A DNA stretch of 64,000 nucleotides from Octopus vulgaris. Its lineage: Eukaryota. Shown here piece after piece: positions 52,401 through 64,000 of this stretch. Each line of letters begins with the position of its first letter. The stretch's first letter is position 1. The notes under the pieces are model-generated. The model searched no databases. It was not told the origin of the DNA and saw only the letters and a list, made by a program, of their open reading frames with translations. The DNA lies in contig OX597826.1 of assembly GCA_951406725.2 (NCBI GenBank), positions 17,298,001 through 17,362,000 on the forward strand, written 5' to 3'. Both the position numbers and the translations under genes were made by a program.

Positions 52401-54207
52401 TCAGTAATAATGCCATAGATTTATCATGCAATTTTGTGAAGTTGTATCATACAACCCGGACTCACGTTGTGATCTTCATACAATTATTCTGTTATTTCGA
52501 CATAGTGGTAGGGAATGGAAACAGTAAAAAAAAAACGGTAACAGTTTTACTTCTCTACTTAACCTAGATGATATATAATAGCAGTCTCAGTAGCAACAGT
52601 GGCTATTGTGCTGGGGATTGTGGGTTACAGGGGCAAGTAGCAGCAAGTAATCCAGCTTCATCTGATAAATCTCTGAATCCCAATAGAGAATAACGAGTAA
52701 AGTTCAAGCGAAGCAATTGGCAGCTTCTATGGCTACACTACATTGTTCACAATCGTTTGACCTATTTTCCATCAATGAAATATGGTTTGACTGAATATAT
52801 TTTGTCGATAATTTTATGGCCAATCCATTGAGGAATCTCAATACATATTTCCTAAAACTATTTCCATTTATTTGCCGGTTTATTTCTCAACTTTTCTACG
52901 CCAAAGTTGTCTGTAATCACTTTGCCGAATCGACTGATTACCAGGAAAAAAAGCTGGTTCGTATAATCTCACCGGCGTTACGGATGTTTCATGGCAACAT
53001 CGCTTTAAAAGATCACTGGTTTGGTCCATATGACTGCAAAAACACTTCTTCAATGGCAGCGTGAGTAGCATATAATTAACGAATATCTCGCTGGTTTAAA
53101 ATACTTAATTAAAGGTCTCCAATGGGTCTAGACCCAACATATTAAGAGTGGAGATAAAAATCAATCAACTTATTCGCAACATTCTTACTATATAATATTT
53201 ATGAAAACATCAAAGTATTTCCGCGATTAACAAAATTTTGAAATTTCCTTTTTTCATAATTTTATGTTCCTTTAATTTTAACATAGAAAAAATAATATCC
53301 TTTTTAAGAATGAATCTTTGAATTTTGATCCTTTTAGCTCCTAGCACATCAGCAGACTTTGTGGCTTCTACTTTAGTTCTTGCGGCATTATCAATTTTTA
53401 ATGTACACTCTAATGTTCTACTTGAAGTTAATATAGTTTAGTTACTAGCAATTTCGCTTGCTATGCCACGCTGGGGAAACATTTATAGAATTGATTTGCT
53501 TCTTGCAAGATGCTGCATGAACACGGCTAATGATTATTAATCAACGAACTTTATTAATCCTTTCAAGTATATATGAAAATGTTTAACTTTAAATCCTTAT
53601 TTACTTTGAAAATATGCAAACTTAAATCATAAAATATATTATCAGGCAATTCACACTCACTCTCTAAAATTACTGACCTTGGGCTAAAATTTGAAACCAT
53701 TATTATTACTATTAATACAATTCATTGTGATATTATTATCAGGTTTGTGGGGGCGGGGTACAGAGAGTAACGCACTGAGCTGTAATTAATTCCTTTGGTT
53801 AATTACTGACTTCAAAACCTGCAAGTCAGCTTCGACGTAGCATTTTATTGCACCACGGGCCTGCAGGAAATATTAACTGTATCCAGTTTCAATGAACTTA
53901 AGCTGCTCCAGCACATCATTTGAATGTGTGTATCTAAGTACAAATTATATTGTTCAATAGAAATTTAAGCAGAGCCAAGGAGTCACAAATTAACCGAGTG
54001 TACACTAAAACCCAAATAACGGGTAAGACAGAAACGATAACAACGGACCTTTTCGCTTAGTGTTCTAAACTTTATGAATACATGACATAATGTCAATATC
54101 CTGCCTTTATAGTAGGAATGATAGTTAGTCTATATGTATTGATTGATTTTGACTGGATATGTGATGGAAGTCAATGATTTTAGAAAAAATATTATAATCG
54201 ATTTAAA

Positions 54208-54428
54208 TATATTGGTTTCAAATTTTGGCACAAGGCTAGAAATTTTGGGTGATGGGATTAGTCGATTACATCGACTCCAGTGCTCAACTAGAACTTATTT
54301 TGTCGACTCCGAAATGGGTGAAAATAAAAGTTGCCCCCGGCGGAATTTGAAATCAGAACGTAAAGGCAGACGAAGTGCGCCAAAGTATTTTGCTCGACGT
54401 GCTAACGATTCTGCCAGCTCACTGCCTT
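54208..54428 (-). mobile_element. SINE family B
   Basis: Reverse complement of family B along its length; a more decayed copy lies at about 54820-54955. Confidence 0.88.
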
Positions 54429-56028
54429 ATTTAATTCACATATATTAATAGCGTTCATTCGATCTAAAAGAAAAATCTCTAATTTTTGAATTGATGTGTT
54501 AGAAATAGCACCTAAAACTCCCCTAATTCACATTGTTGTCTCAATAAAATGAAAGATACACTAGATAATGCAGTTCTAGAAGCATTATATCTGAAAGAAG
54601 ACACAATGCTCACAGCTGAAATGCTTTTCGTCCAGTCAGCTGGGGCAGGTGTGACCTGGGGTTAAGCAACAACTGCAAAATACTTAATAAATTAATGAAA
54701 AACAAAGTCAGAACCAATAAGATTCGAGCTTGAAACCAAAAGCTTATTGCCCTGACATCTGTATCAGGTTTTGTAAACCATAAACCCTACTAGTATCTCA
54801 GTTTCCTAAAGTTCTTGACTAGTACCTTATTTTATCGACAATGAGCGATGAAAGGCCAAGTTTATTTTGGTGGGATTTGAACTCAGAGTAGAAAGAACGG
54901 GCACTTTTACTGCAAGGCATTTTGTCCGCCACGCTGATGATGCTGCCTGTTCACATTTCTCAAAAGGATTAAATAAAGGAGGACATTTTTTAAAAATGCA
55001 ACTTTTGCTGTGTAAATGAAGTGGGCTAGATTTAATCTGGAATTGAAATCATTTCGCTTACTTCCTTGGTTGAAAGCTGGGTATCAAGTAAAGGCTAAAC
55101 TGACGCCTTCTTTAGTAGTGCTATAAAACTTCCCATAGTTCGAGCTATTTAGATGAGAGGGGCCGATATGTTGTCGGTAGACGGGAAGATGTGCCTGTAG
55201 TTCGCATCCCAATACAGGAACTACAACTTGTCTCAGGATCTGTTATATATCTTTTCAAAGGCATACTGTACTTCCGTTTTGGGAGTACAAACTGTCGACA
55301 CACCTTTGTATCATAGTCGGCTATGGCACTTTTTACATATACCGTCTCTTAAGGTAGATATTTTGCTATTTCTGTGTACAACAAAAAGTTACCCTTTATA
55401 TGTTTAATAACAGAAATGATACTCTGGATGGTGGTGCTTAATTTCAAAAATGAACTAGAAACAAAAACTGAATTTCGAAGCACTGGATAGCGCAAAACAT
55501 GTTTTTGACAATTATTAGTCGAAAGATATATTTGGATAAGGAGAGAAAAAAGATAATGAAACATAGAAAGAGAAGAGGAGAACGAGGAGGAGGAAGAGAA
55601 GAAGAGGAAGAAGAAGAAGAAGAGGAGGAGGAGGAGTGCGAGAATAGGAATTGCCATATTACTTGGACATGTTCGTCAGCAGTAAGGTATAAAATATTTC
55701 TAATATATGAACTTCGTGTGTCTGTGCTGAAGAAATTAAAGAATATATGACTGACATGTACCATTGCATACTGAGTGAACACACAGACACAAGCATATGT
55801 AGGTACTTACACGCATTCACATATATATATATGTATAATGTTAGTGAGGATGTATTTGTGTGTTTCTGTATATGTATGTATTTGTGTCTGCGTGTATGTG
55901 AACTATAACAAGGTCAGTACATGGTGATTTAACCTGCTAGAAATAGCAACTAAATCTCCCTCAAATCAAATTCTACGCTTTTATATTGTCTTCTTGATCA
56001 GGACCTGTAGAGGTCTAAATAACAAAGA

Positions 56029-56112
56029 CCTCAGTAACGCAGTAGGAATAGGGTCCGCCTCATAATACGACAGTATTATGAGACTAACCCTATTCCGACT
56101 GCGCTACTAAGG
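56029..56112. repeat. 84-nt hairpin (40-bp stem, 4-nt loop)
   Basis: CCTCAGTAACGCAGTAGGAATAGGGTCCGCCTCATAATAC-GACA-GTATTATGAGACTAACCCTATTCCGACTGCGCTACTAAGG; about 6 mismatches. Confidence 0.85.
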
Positions 56113-56220
56113 CACTTTAAATGTGAACCGGGGCTACACGAGATATCATCCTCATATGTATCCTGTTTAACAAAGTACACGATCGGCCGACTGACCAGTT
56201 AAACAAGAAAACCTTTACAG

Positions 56221-56440
56221 CAGTGATTTCCAACGTTGAGCATATGACCCACTGGTGAGGTCTAAAAAAATTGTGAAGGGGTGGGGGATCCAAAATTTTA
56301 CGATTTTTTTTTTTTTAATGAGACATGAAAGTGATAAAATATTAAGAATAAAGTGAGGTTTTTCCCCAGTAACTGCTGGAACATACATTTTTCTGGAAAG
56401 TTATGGTGGAACCTGGGGTAAAATAGGTTGGGAAACATTG
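56221..56440. mobile_element. hAT/Charlie-like MITE
   Basis: Imperfect TIRs CAGTGATTTCCAAC / GTTGGGAAACATTG; no convincing 8-bp TSD. Confidence 0.5.
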
Positions 56441-56849
56441 CTCTTCTTTTTCGTTCTATGCGCTAAAAATACCAACCATCCTTCCCACGAGCCAACACTA
56501 CCATCTTTGAAAAATTTCTAGTTCATTACGTTTTTAAGTGCTTCTTATAAAGGAAATTGTTACGTCCGTGGCATCTTCACTAGCCGTCCAGTATCAGGGA
56601 AGTTGAGGTAGAGAATGTTCTTCTGCAACATCAAACGCCTCAGCAAAAGCGAGGAAAACAAGCCCAAAGCGGGAATTTCAGGTGCAAGTCATCTTAATGA
56701 GAGAGAACTAAGAACAGCGGTAAGTACAGAGCATAGGAGAGAAAGAAAATATCGGCGAATTAAAGTGACGATACGAATGAGATGGTCGGGTTTTCGGTGG
56801 ATGTGAAAGATGAACCCGCACTGAAAAGCTGGTGTCAGTGTAGTAGCAT

Positions 56850-57250
56850 TAGAAAAGGCAAAGTAAGAAGACGGCATGTCTGTGTACTAAAGATTAGAAT
56901 GGGTTGGTGATCGACTTCATGTCGTTTAGCCGATGGGTTTTTTTAGGACGCGCCCTTTATAAACGTATACATTGGGAGATACAAAAAAATAGACGGAACA
57001 CCTTTGATCCCAGAGCTACACGATCAGTAATGACCTGGCCTAAAGAGAAATCAATAACATCACCCTGACCATAATATGACCAATGGTGTGAAAGTAGAGA
57101 TTATTTGACTCATGATTGTTTAATGAATTTATGAAAAATTCACCTGGAATAAAATTCGCCAAACATAAGTTAACAGAATAAGAAGTATCAAAACGCTAGA
57201 TATTGCCTCAAGCCATGGAAATTGCATACGGTCACTTCTGTTTATACTTT
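56850..57250 (-). mobile_element. Very degenerate LINE RT remnant
   Basis: Fragments in the expected order: LLILLTYVW, VALGSKVFRLFF (cf. VPQGSVL.P.LF), LNDMKSITNPF*SL (cf. INDLLS.T.NPIHSYADD). Confidence 0.35.
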
Positions 57251-58084
57251 GATCTGTATATTTTGGAAATTGTCGTACTGGTGTTGGTTAATGGGATCTG
57301 ATACTTGATATTAATCATCCCCGTTTTGAGCTCAGAATTAATTATATGTGTATTTGTATAAAGACAGAGTAAAGTAGATCCGTGTGTCTATTTTATAGTC
57401 AAAATACTTATTTATGAAGTCATGTTCGTGTAGAGAGTGGAGAGAGAATTCCGCACTGCAAGCCAGCGAAACACTTGTCAGTTCAACAGTGCTACCGCTG
57501 CTTACAGCGTTGAATCATACCGCCTGTGTTATCTATTTAGGTCTAAATGGCCCCGGCTGTAGAATAGAATACTAAGGCGAATTTGATTATTTTGATGTTT
57601 TCAACATCAGAAAAGAATCATATTACAATTAGGTACAGAGATTAAGAGAAATACAAGAAGCAAGCAAAGGAGACGTCTCCGAACGTGTTTATCTCCTTAG
57701 CCGTACTCTGAGCAACACTACAGATTTTATTCTTGCTTGTTAACCCTCTTTAAAGTAAATATTTATATGAAATATTCGTAAAATTATTGAACTATAAAGG
57801 GAAATTAGATTAGTTGACAATTTAATGGGCGTTGTTTACATATTACTCGAGAGGATAAAGTAACGGAGGCAGAATACAGAAGTCAACATTTCAATTGAGT
57901 AAAACGATAAGATATCCAATCAGCCCGCCATGTTCTCCTGCAGTTTAATAAGTCCGTAGATCAAATTCATTGAGAAACTGGTTTTTTGCATCAAGATTAC
58001 TACAACGGCGGTGGTGTGACGATGTGCATGGTAAAGAAGCAATATTTGAAGTTTATATTGTCGAGTTGGTTAAAGTATATATCC

Positions 58085-58504
58085 TTACTCTTTACTCTTT
58101 TACTCTTTTACTTGTTTCAGTCATTTGACTGCGGCCATGCTGGAGCACCGCCTTTAATCGAGCAACTCAACCCCGGGACTTATTCTTTTGTAAGCCCAGT
58201 ACTTATTCTATCGGTCTTTTTTGCCGAACCGCTAAGTAACGGGGACATAAACACACCAGCATCGGTTGTCAAGCAATGCTAGAGGGACAAACACAGACAC
58301 ACAAACACACACACGCATATATATATATATATACATATATACGACGGGCTTCTTTCAGTTTCCGTCTACCAAATCCACTCACAAGGCTTTGGTCGGCCCG
58401 AGACTATAATAGAAGACACTTGCCCAAGATGCCACGCAGTGGGACTGAACCCGGAACCATGTGGTTGGTAAACACGTTACTTACCACACAGCCACTCCTG
58501 CGCC
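58085..58504 (-). mobile_element. SINE family A, full length, well preserved
   Basis: Minus strand GGCGCAGGAGTGGCTGTGTGGTAAG...GGTTCAGTCCC...; (AGTAAAAG)n tail. Confidence 0.95.
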
Positions 58505-58569
58505 TTAGAGCCAACTTTTTTTATTATTCTGACGTAGGTCTATAAACTATGTTAAGTAAATATACTTAA

Positions 58570-58571
<2 letters not shown>

Positions 58572-58652
<81 letters not shown>

Positions 58653-58680
58653 TAACAACAACAACAACAACAACAACAAC
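58572..58680. repeat. (AAT)n(AAC)n microsatellite
   Basis: Direct inspection. Confidence 0.96.
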
Positions 58681-58825
58681 ATCGAAAAATATCTTAGGAA
58701 TGAGAACCCAGGTTCGAAATTTCCCCGAGACACCTGATGAAGGCTGGAAGATATATCAGCCGTAAATGTTGTGTTAACAACAAACGAGATGAGGACAAAT
58801 ATCCGCCAAATGTAAATAATGTTGA
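58681..58825 (+). mobile_element. Short pLTR-like element with decayed minimal hammerhead
   Basis: GACAC-CTGATGA-A-GGCTG..CAGCC-GTAAAT-GTT-GTGTT (58729-58775); the 3' part ACAAAC.AGATGAGGACAAATATCCG.CAAATGTAAATAATGT recurs at 37619-37661 next to the PLE fragment. Confidence 0.65.
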
Positions 58826-59929
58826 TAATACTTATCAAGAGGAATGAGTGAGAGAACTTCCAAATTAAAATTGACTAAAATTTGGAGATGATAAATACTG
58901 GAGATAATTAGTATGATCTTTCATACTTACGGCCATTACAACTTCGGATATGATTTGATTCTACTAACTCGTGGGAGGAATTTAAATGTATATCACCTTT
59001 GTGACACTGAAAGTCTAGCACCATACTACGAGAATCCTCTATAGTTTTCACAGTAAAAGAAACTCTGTGTCATTGAGCAAGTGTAGTATACTACCATAGA
59101 TATAATTGAAACAAAAGAAACCATCGTCTAACACAGTAAAACTGACTTCAATGGAAAGTGTATTATGAACAAGTGGACTAATTGCTTTACAACGTTTAGT
59201 TCTTGCTCCTATCACTTGTTGAAATGTCTCCATAGTGTTGACTTTATCTTTCATCTCTTTAGGATCAATACTGTAGCTGCTTTAACTGGCAACACACTTT
59301 CTCGTGAAACCAGGCGTTTTAATTAGTTAGCGAAAATAAAAACTTTTTTATGTAATTGCTTTGTAAAATATATTATTTCAGGTTGTGATTGTAAGAACAG
59401 TATTACAGCAGAAGTTATTTTAAATTTATAGCATTTCTATACCCAAAGCGGTCTTATGCCAATGTCGTACCAGTTAATATTCATATAAAAATACGACAAA
59501 TATACTCCAGATAATATCTAATTTTAAAAGAAGTTAACATATATGAATATAAAAGTCATAATATTTTTTTTTCTTCCGTAAATTACCAACAAACATCATT
59601 TGTTTTGTTCTGCTAGAGTTCCGATCATTTTCTGTTATTGCGTTGGAAAACATTTCCTTCTAAAGACTAGAACGTATTAGGATTTCAAGACGAACTGCTG
59701 ACAGTAGAACTTGCTAGACGGAATAATTATTTAAATGCTGGTCACGGGTCAAGTTTTGGTTTTCATTTTAATTCACCTGAACTTTCTGAACAGAATTTCA
59801 GTGAAAATATAATTGATATTTTCGTAAGATAGTTTAATTGAAAATGTCTGCTTGTCTGCTGCATAACAATTTTCTCTTTCGGTTAATGATGATTTTGTTA
59901 TTTGATGATGAGGTTACTGCTTATATTAA

Positions 59930-60310
59930 ATATTATCCTGTTGTCGGTAATGGTGGTCTGAGACAGCAATTATTGTGGTGATGGTGGCGGTGCTGATGTT
60001 AGCGGTAGTGATGTCACTAGTGGTGCATGTGTTGTTGGTAATGATAGCGATGGAGTAGGTTTTGCTTTTGTTAATAGTATCGACAGTGATGATAAATCTG
60101 ATGGTCTTGTTGATGATGGATGTGATAATGTTTATGATATCCATGATGAATGTGATGATGCTGAAAGTCTCGTGGACATGATGATGATGTTGATGTAAGA
60201 CTACTGGATTTATTGCTAATAATGTCAGTGGTGGTTGTGACAGTTGTATATGTTGTGGAGGAAGTGTGGGTGTTGGATGCTGTAGTGATGGTGGTTTAGT
60301 GTGGTGAAAA
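59930..60310. repeat. Degenerate GAT/GGT/GTT trinucleotide low-complexity tract
   Basis: Direct inspection. Confidence 0.75.
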
Positions 60311-61269
60311 TTAAACATTTACACTAATGTCTCTTTTCCTCCTCACTACGGATGTAGTTTTAAGTATATTAGTTCCTGCTTAAAAATCAGCCTCCTACTC
60401 TGCTGTAAGCTCACATTTAGTTTTCCGTTATTTGGATTTCAGATTGCGCCTTACATTTTTTTTTAACTAGAATTAATTAAGCTAATGATTTTTCTTCTTA
60501 TAACAAGTGTAATTTTAATGAACTAAGTATATTTTCTGCTCACTACATTAGTATGTATATAACACATAGACCATACATTTTTACAAACTATCATTAACCC
60601 ACTACATTACGTAACATTACGTGTATATGTATGTGCCAGGTGGTCTTTTCACCCGGATGCATGGCACGAAACAACATTTCATTGGCTATTTTTCACTCAA
60701 TCAAATCATCTATTTTTGGAGCGCTCTTCGGTCGATGAGCAGCTTACGTGAGTGTACTTTTTCAAAATATAAACAGTTGTTTGTTAACATTGAACAGAGC
60801 CAAAAAAGAAATGAGCAAGATCTTACATTTCGAACTCTCAAACTACCTTAATCCACCCACCCATCAACCCACACACACGCACGCACACACACGCACACAC
60901 ACGCACACACATTCGTACACATTCTCTCACTCATATATTCATAGACGTGCTAACATTGCAACGCACATATTTGTCTAGTCTCAGACATATCAACATAAAG
61001 TTATTCTATGCCACGACTCTTGAATTAATTGTGTTTTTGTTATTGTTTCATCTTCCATTATTTATGCAATGTTGTTAAATTATCTTTCGAGATATTTCAT
61101 ATTTTCATTCCAAATATTAATTCTTCTGTTATTTCTAAAAGACGTTGTTGAATTAAGATTGCAAACTTTTTAATTTACCACGAAAAGACAGTCGTGAAGA
61201 ATAGTTGAACTTTTATGCGGGAAGAACTCTTATTCCAGACATCTCTGTACTGCAACACTTCGTTGTTAA

Positions 61270-62940
61270 CACTGGGGAACAAATTTCAAGTTTTTCTCCA
61301 TAGAATTAGTTTTTACAGTTAGTTCTATGTAATATTCGTGCGATGAGCACGAATTTTTACTCGGTTTTGCTCTATCAGGCCCTAATTTTTGGTGATATCA
61401 TTTGATAAAATTCATAAAAGCAAGCCACACGTCGCTCTTCTTAACGCTTTTCTAAACGCCGACAAAGAGGAGCTTGACACACTCTTACCCATGTACCCAT
61501 ATCTTACCCATGTACTCATGTACAAGTACGTTTCACTAACTTTGAATAGAAATAAGGAAGGTGAATATAATTGAAGAAGGATTCAATTGAATGTAAATTA
61601 ATTGCGTTATGAGAACGAATTTTTTGTTTGTGTCAAAAACGACCTTTTGACAGTTTTTCCATGTAAGTGTCGCGAGAGCCTACTAACCATGAGACCGATT
61701 GCTACTTTTGTTTTGTCAAAACTTCGGGCTTCACTAAGAAAAATAAACAGTGTATCGAGTGCCCAGATTTCGACAACGCGATATGATCTGTGCTACATTC
61801 ACATGAAATCTCCATTCCAATATCTAAGAATCTGCTACCTGAAGAATTAGTTGAAGGTGTTCCAGAAAATATTGTTATGCACTCTGAAGAGTTTTGATCT
61901 CAGCATATTTCCAAGTCAAAATAATCCGCAAAAGTTTAACCAGGCCGAGTTGAATGATCGTGTAAGGGATCTAAATTTTCGAAAAGAAAGGTTGCGGAAA
62001 TTTTAGCTTCAAGACTTAGAGAGAAAAACGTGCTTACTTCAAACACATACATTTCATTTTACAGAAAAAGAGAACTTCTTAAATATTTTAGAACAGAGCA
62101 TAATTTAGCATATTACCACAACATAACTAGTTTATTACAGATGGAGGGTACGATGCAAATGATTGGCGCTTGTTTTTAGATAGTTCGAAAAGAAGTCTTA
62201 AGCGTGTGTTGTTGAATAATGGCAATCTATACAGTTCGATACCGATTAGGAACTCAACAAAATTAAAAGAAAAATATGAATGAATGGAAATGGTTTTAAA
62301 TCATATCAAATATACGAAGCACGAGTGGATCACACGTTTTGACTTTAAAAAGGTTAACTTTCTGCTTGGACAACAAGCAGGGTATACTAAATATCTCTCC
62401 TTCCTATGTTTATGGGTCAGCAGAGCCAGGGAAGAACATCATTTCAAACAAATCTGGCCAGCACGAACATCACTTACTGTCGGAGTAAAATCGTAATTAA
62501 CCCACCTTCGGTGTCCAGAGATAAAATCATATTTTCCCCTCCGCATATCAGACTAGACCTCATTAAATAGTATGTAAAAGCTTTAGATACGAATGGACAG
62601 TTTTTCAAATACATGACTTCAATATTTCCAAGTTTAAGTAATGAAAAAGTCAAGGCGGAAACTTTCGACGGTTCACAAAGAAGAGCAGTTATTAAAGATT
62701 GCCAAAGAAAAAATGCCTGGTTCTCTTCTTCGTGGAATTGATAGAAAACTTTTTTGGCAACTGTAGGTCAGAAACTACGAAGAAATCGTAAAAAAACTTT
62801 TAAGGGGCTACAAAGAATTAGGTTGCGTAAGAACGCATTTTTTAATAGCATTTTATTTTAATTTTGCATTTTTTCAACCTTGGCCAATTTCCAAGTAATT
62901 TAGGTGCTCTAAATGACGAACAAGAGGAGATATTCCACAC
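61270..62940 (+). mobile_element. Degenerate DNA transposon, Chapaev3-like (CMC group) transposase
   Basis: REPTNHETDCYFC, FNQAELNDRVRDLN, AEILASRL, DWRLFLDSSKRSLK.VLLNNGN, LLGQQAGYTKY..FLCLW.SRAR, PPHIRLDL, NLGALNDEQEEIFH; candidate left end TAA|CACTGGGGAACAAAT at 61270; right end missing; multiple stops. Family assignment is from recalled motifs. Confidence 0.8.
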
Positions 62941-63179
62941 TTGTGGATCCCCTAAGCCCATGAGACCCCTGGACAAGTGTCCAGTTTGTGCATACTTTAA
63001 GATGCCACTGCGTGTAACACATGAACCAACTAGAAAAACGCGATTCCATTGACCTTAAGTATCTGTGTACTAGCTTTCACCCATCATTACACCATAAGAA
63101 GCAGTTACAGAGCTAACCCATAAAGTATTATTTGAAACTTACTTCTGTATCTTCTAGTGGCATAAGTTCATTAATTATT

Positions 63180-63411
63180 TATTTCTTAATTTGCCACGGG
63201 GGGGTTAAACATAGAGGGACAAACAAGGATATACAAAGGGATTAAGTTGATTATATCGACCCCAGTGCGTAACTGGTACTTATTTAATCAACTCCAAAAG
63301 AATGAAATGCAAAGTCGACCTCGGCGGAATTTAGACTCTGAACGTAACGGCTGACGAAATACCGCTCAGCATTTCGCCCGACGTGCTAACGATTCAGCCA
63401 GCTCGCTGCCT
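63180..63411 (-). mobile_element. SINE family B variant with a different 3' tail
   Basis: Family B head and domain but tail AATCCCTTTG...TTGTTTGTCCCTCTATGTTTAACCCC...; TSD TAAGTTCATTA.TTATT at 63163 and 63412. Confidence 0.9.
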
Positions 63412-63440
63412 TAAGTTCATTAGTTATTAACTGCCGCATG

Positions 63441-63556
63441 CGTTCAAATTCTGCCGAGGTCGACTTTACCTTTCATCCTTTCGAGATCGATAAATTAAGT
63501 ATCAGTTGTCCCCTCCCAAAAACTTTCGGGCCTTGTGTCTAGAGTAGAAAATAATA
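63441..63556 (+). mobile_element. SINE family B, 5'-truncated
   Basis: GTTCAAATTCTGCCGAGGTCGACTTTACCTTTCATCCTTTCG; TSD TTATTAACTGC..CATG at about 63424 and about 63557. Confidence 0.88.
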
Positions 63557-64000
63557 TTATTAACTGCTTCATGAAATAATTTACATACTCATTTATGCTA
63601 ATGAACTTGAAGTTAACCAAAATCTCGATATTGGCAACTAATGTCCCATTACTAAGAGCCGCATGAAGCAGGATTTTCCATTCTGATTTCCGTTGTAGGT
63701 GAAACTCAACCTCTCAAAAGAAAGATGGTTGAGATTTAGACTCTCAGTGTGCAGTCGAAATATATATTTAGTTTTAAATTGTTAAAATAGTAATTTATTC
63801 GAACTTAAACATATTTGTTTACGCAGCAGGTAATGCGCCATTCGATTTCTATTGGTAGTTATTTTAGACAGAAATGATCTATGAACGTAAATCTCTGACT
63901 ATGTGTGTGTGTATGTGTGTGGGGCTGTCCAATGCGTGTTTATCTATTTGTGTGTAAGTGTAATTTTTTTCCCTACACCTTTTCTACAATCAATAGAAAC

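Noticed and set aside
58925-59330. ORF 59048-59254 (-) and a possible short exon ending at GTAAGT near 58930
   Set aside because: No recognisable homology and no partner exons; cannot be supported without transcript data.
59926-60318. 130-aa His/Thr/Ile-rich ORF
   Set aside because: Product of a degenerate trinucleotide low-complexity tract.

Overview
AT-rich eukaryotic DNA dense in microsatellites and transposon relics, with no intact host protein-coding gene that I can recognise. Nearly all listed ORFs are microsatellite read-throughs or TE fragments. The tRNA-derived SINE families look like those of Octopus (coleoid cephalopod) genomes; this is from recall, not a search. The window holds at least three SINE families (about 25 copies, several with clear target-site duplications), two mariner relics (one full-length with TIRs), a Chapaev3-like transposase relic, R4/Dong-like RLE LINE fragments, RTE and Jockey/CR1-like RT fragments, two non-autonomous Helitrons and a Penelope-like C-terminal fragment. 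The most notable signal is a set of about ten type I hammerhead-ribozyme-like motifs in short, often inverted or tandem, microsatellite-embedded elements, resembling Penelope pLTRs or retrozymes. Two have a complete catalytic core (13713-13882 + and 27563-27646 -), and a decayed one is carried by a 497-bp unit arranged in tandem and fold-back. Two long near-perfect hairpins (17099-17197, 56029-56112) are unexplained. All coordinates were read by eye and may be off by a few bases.
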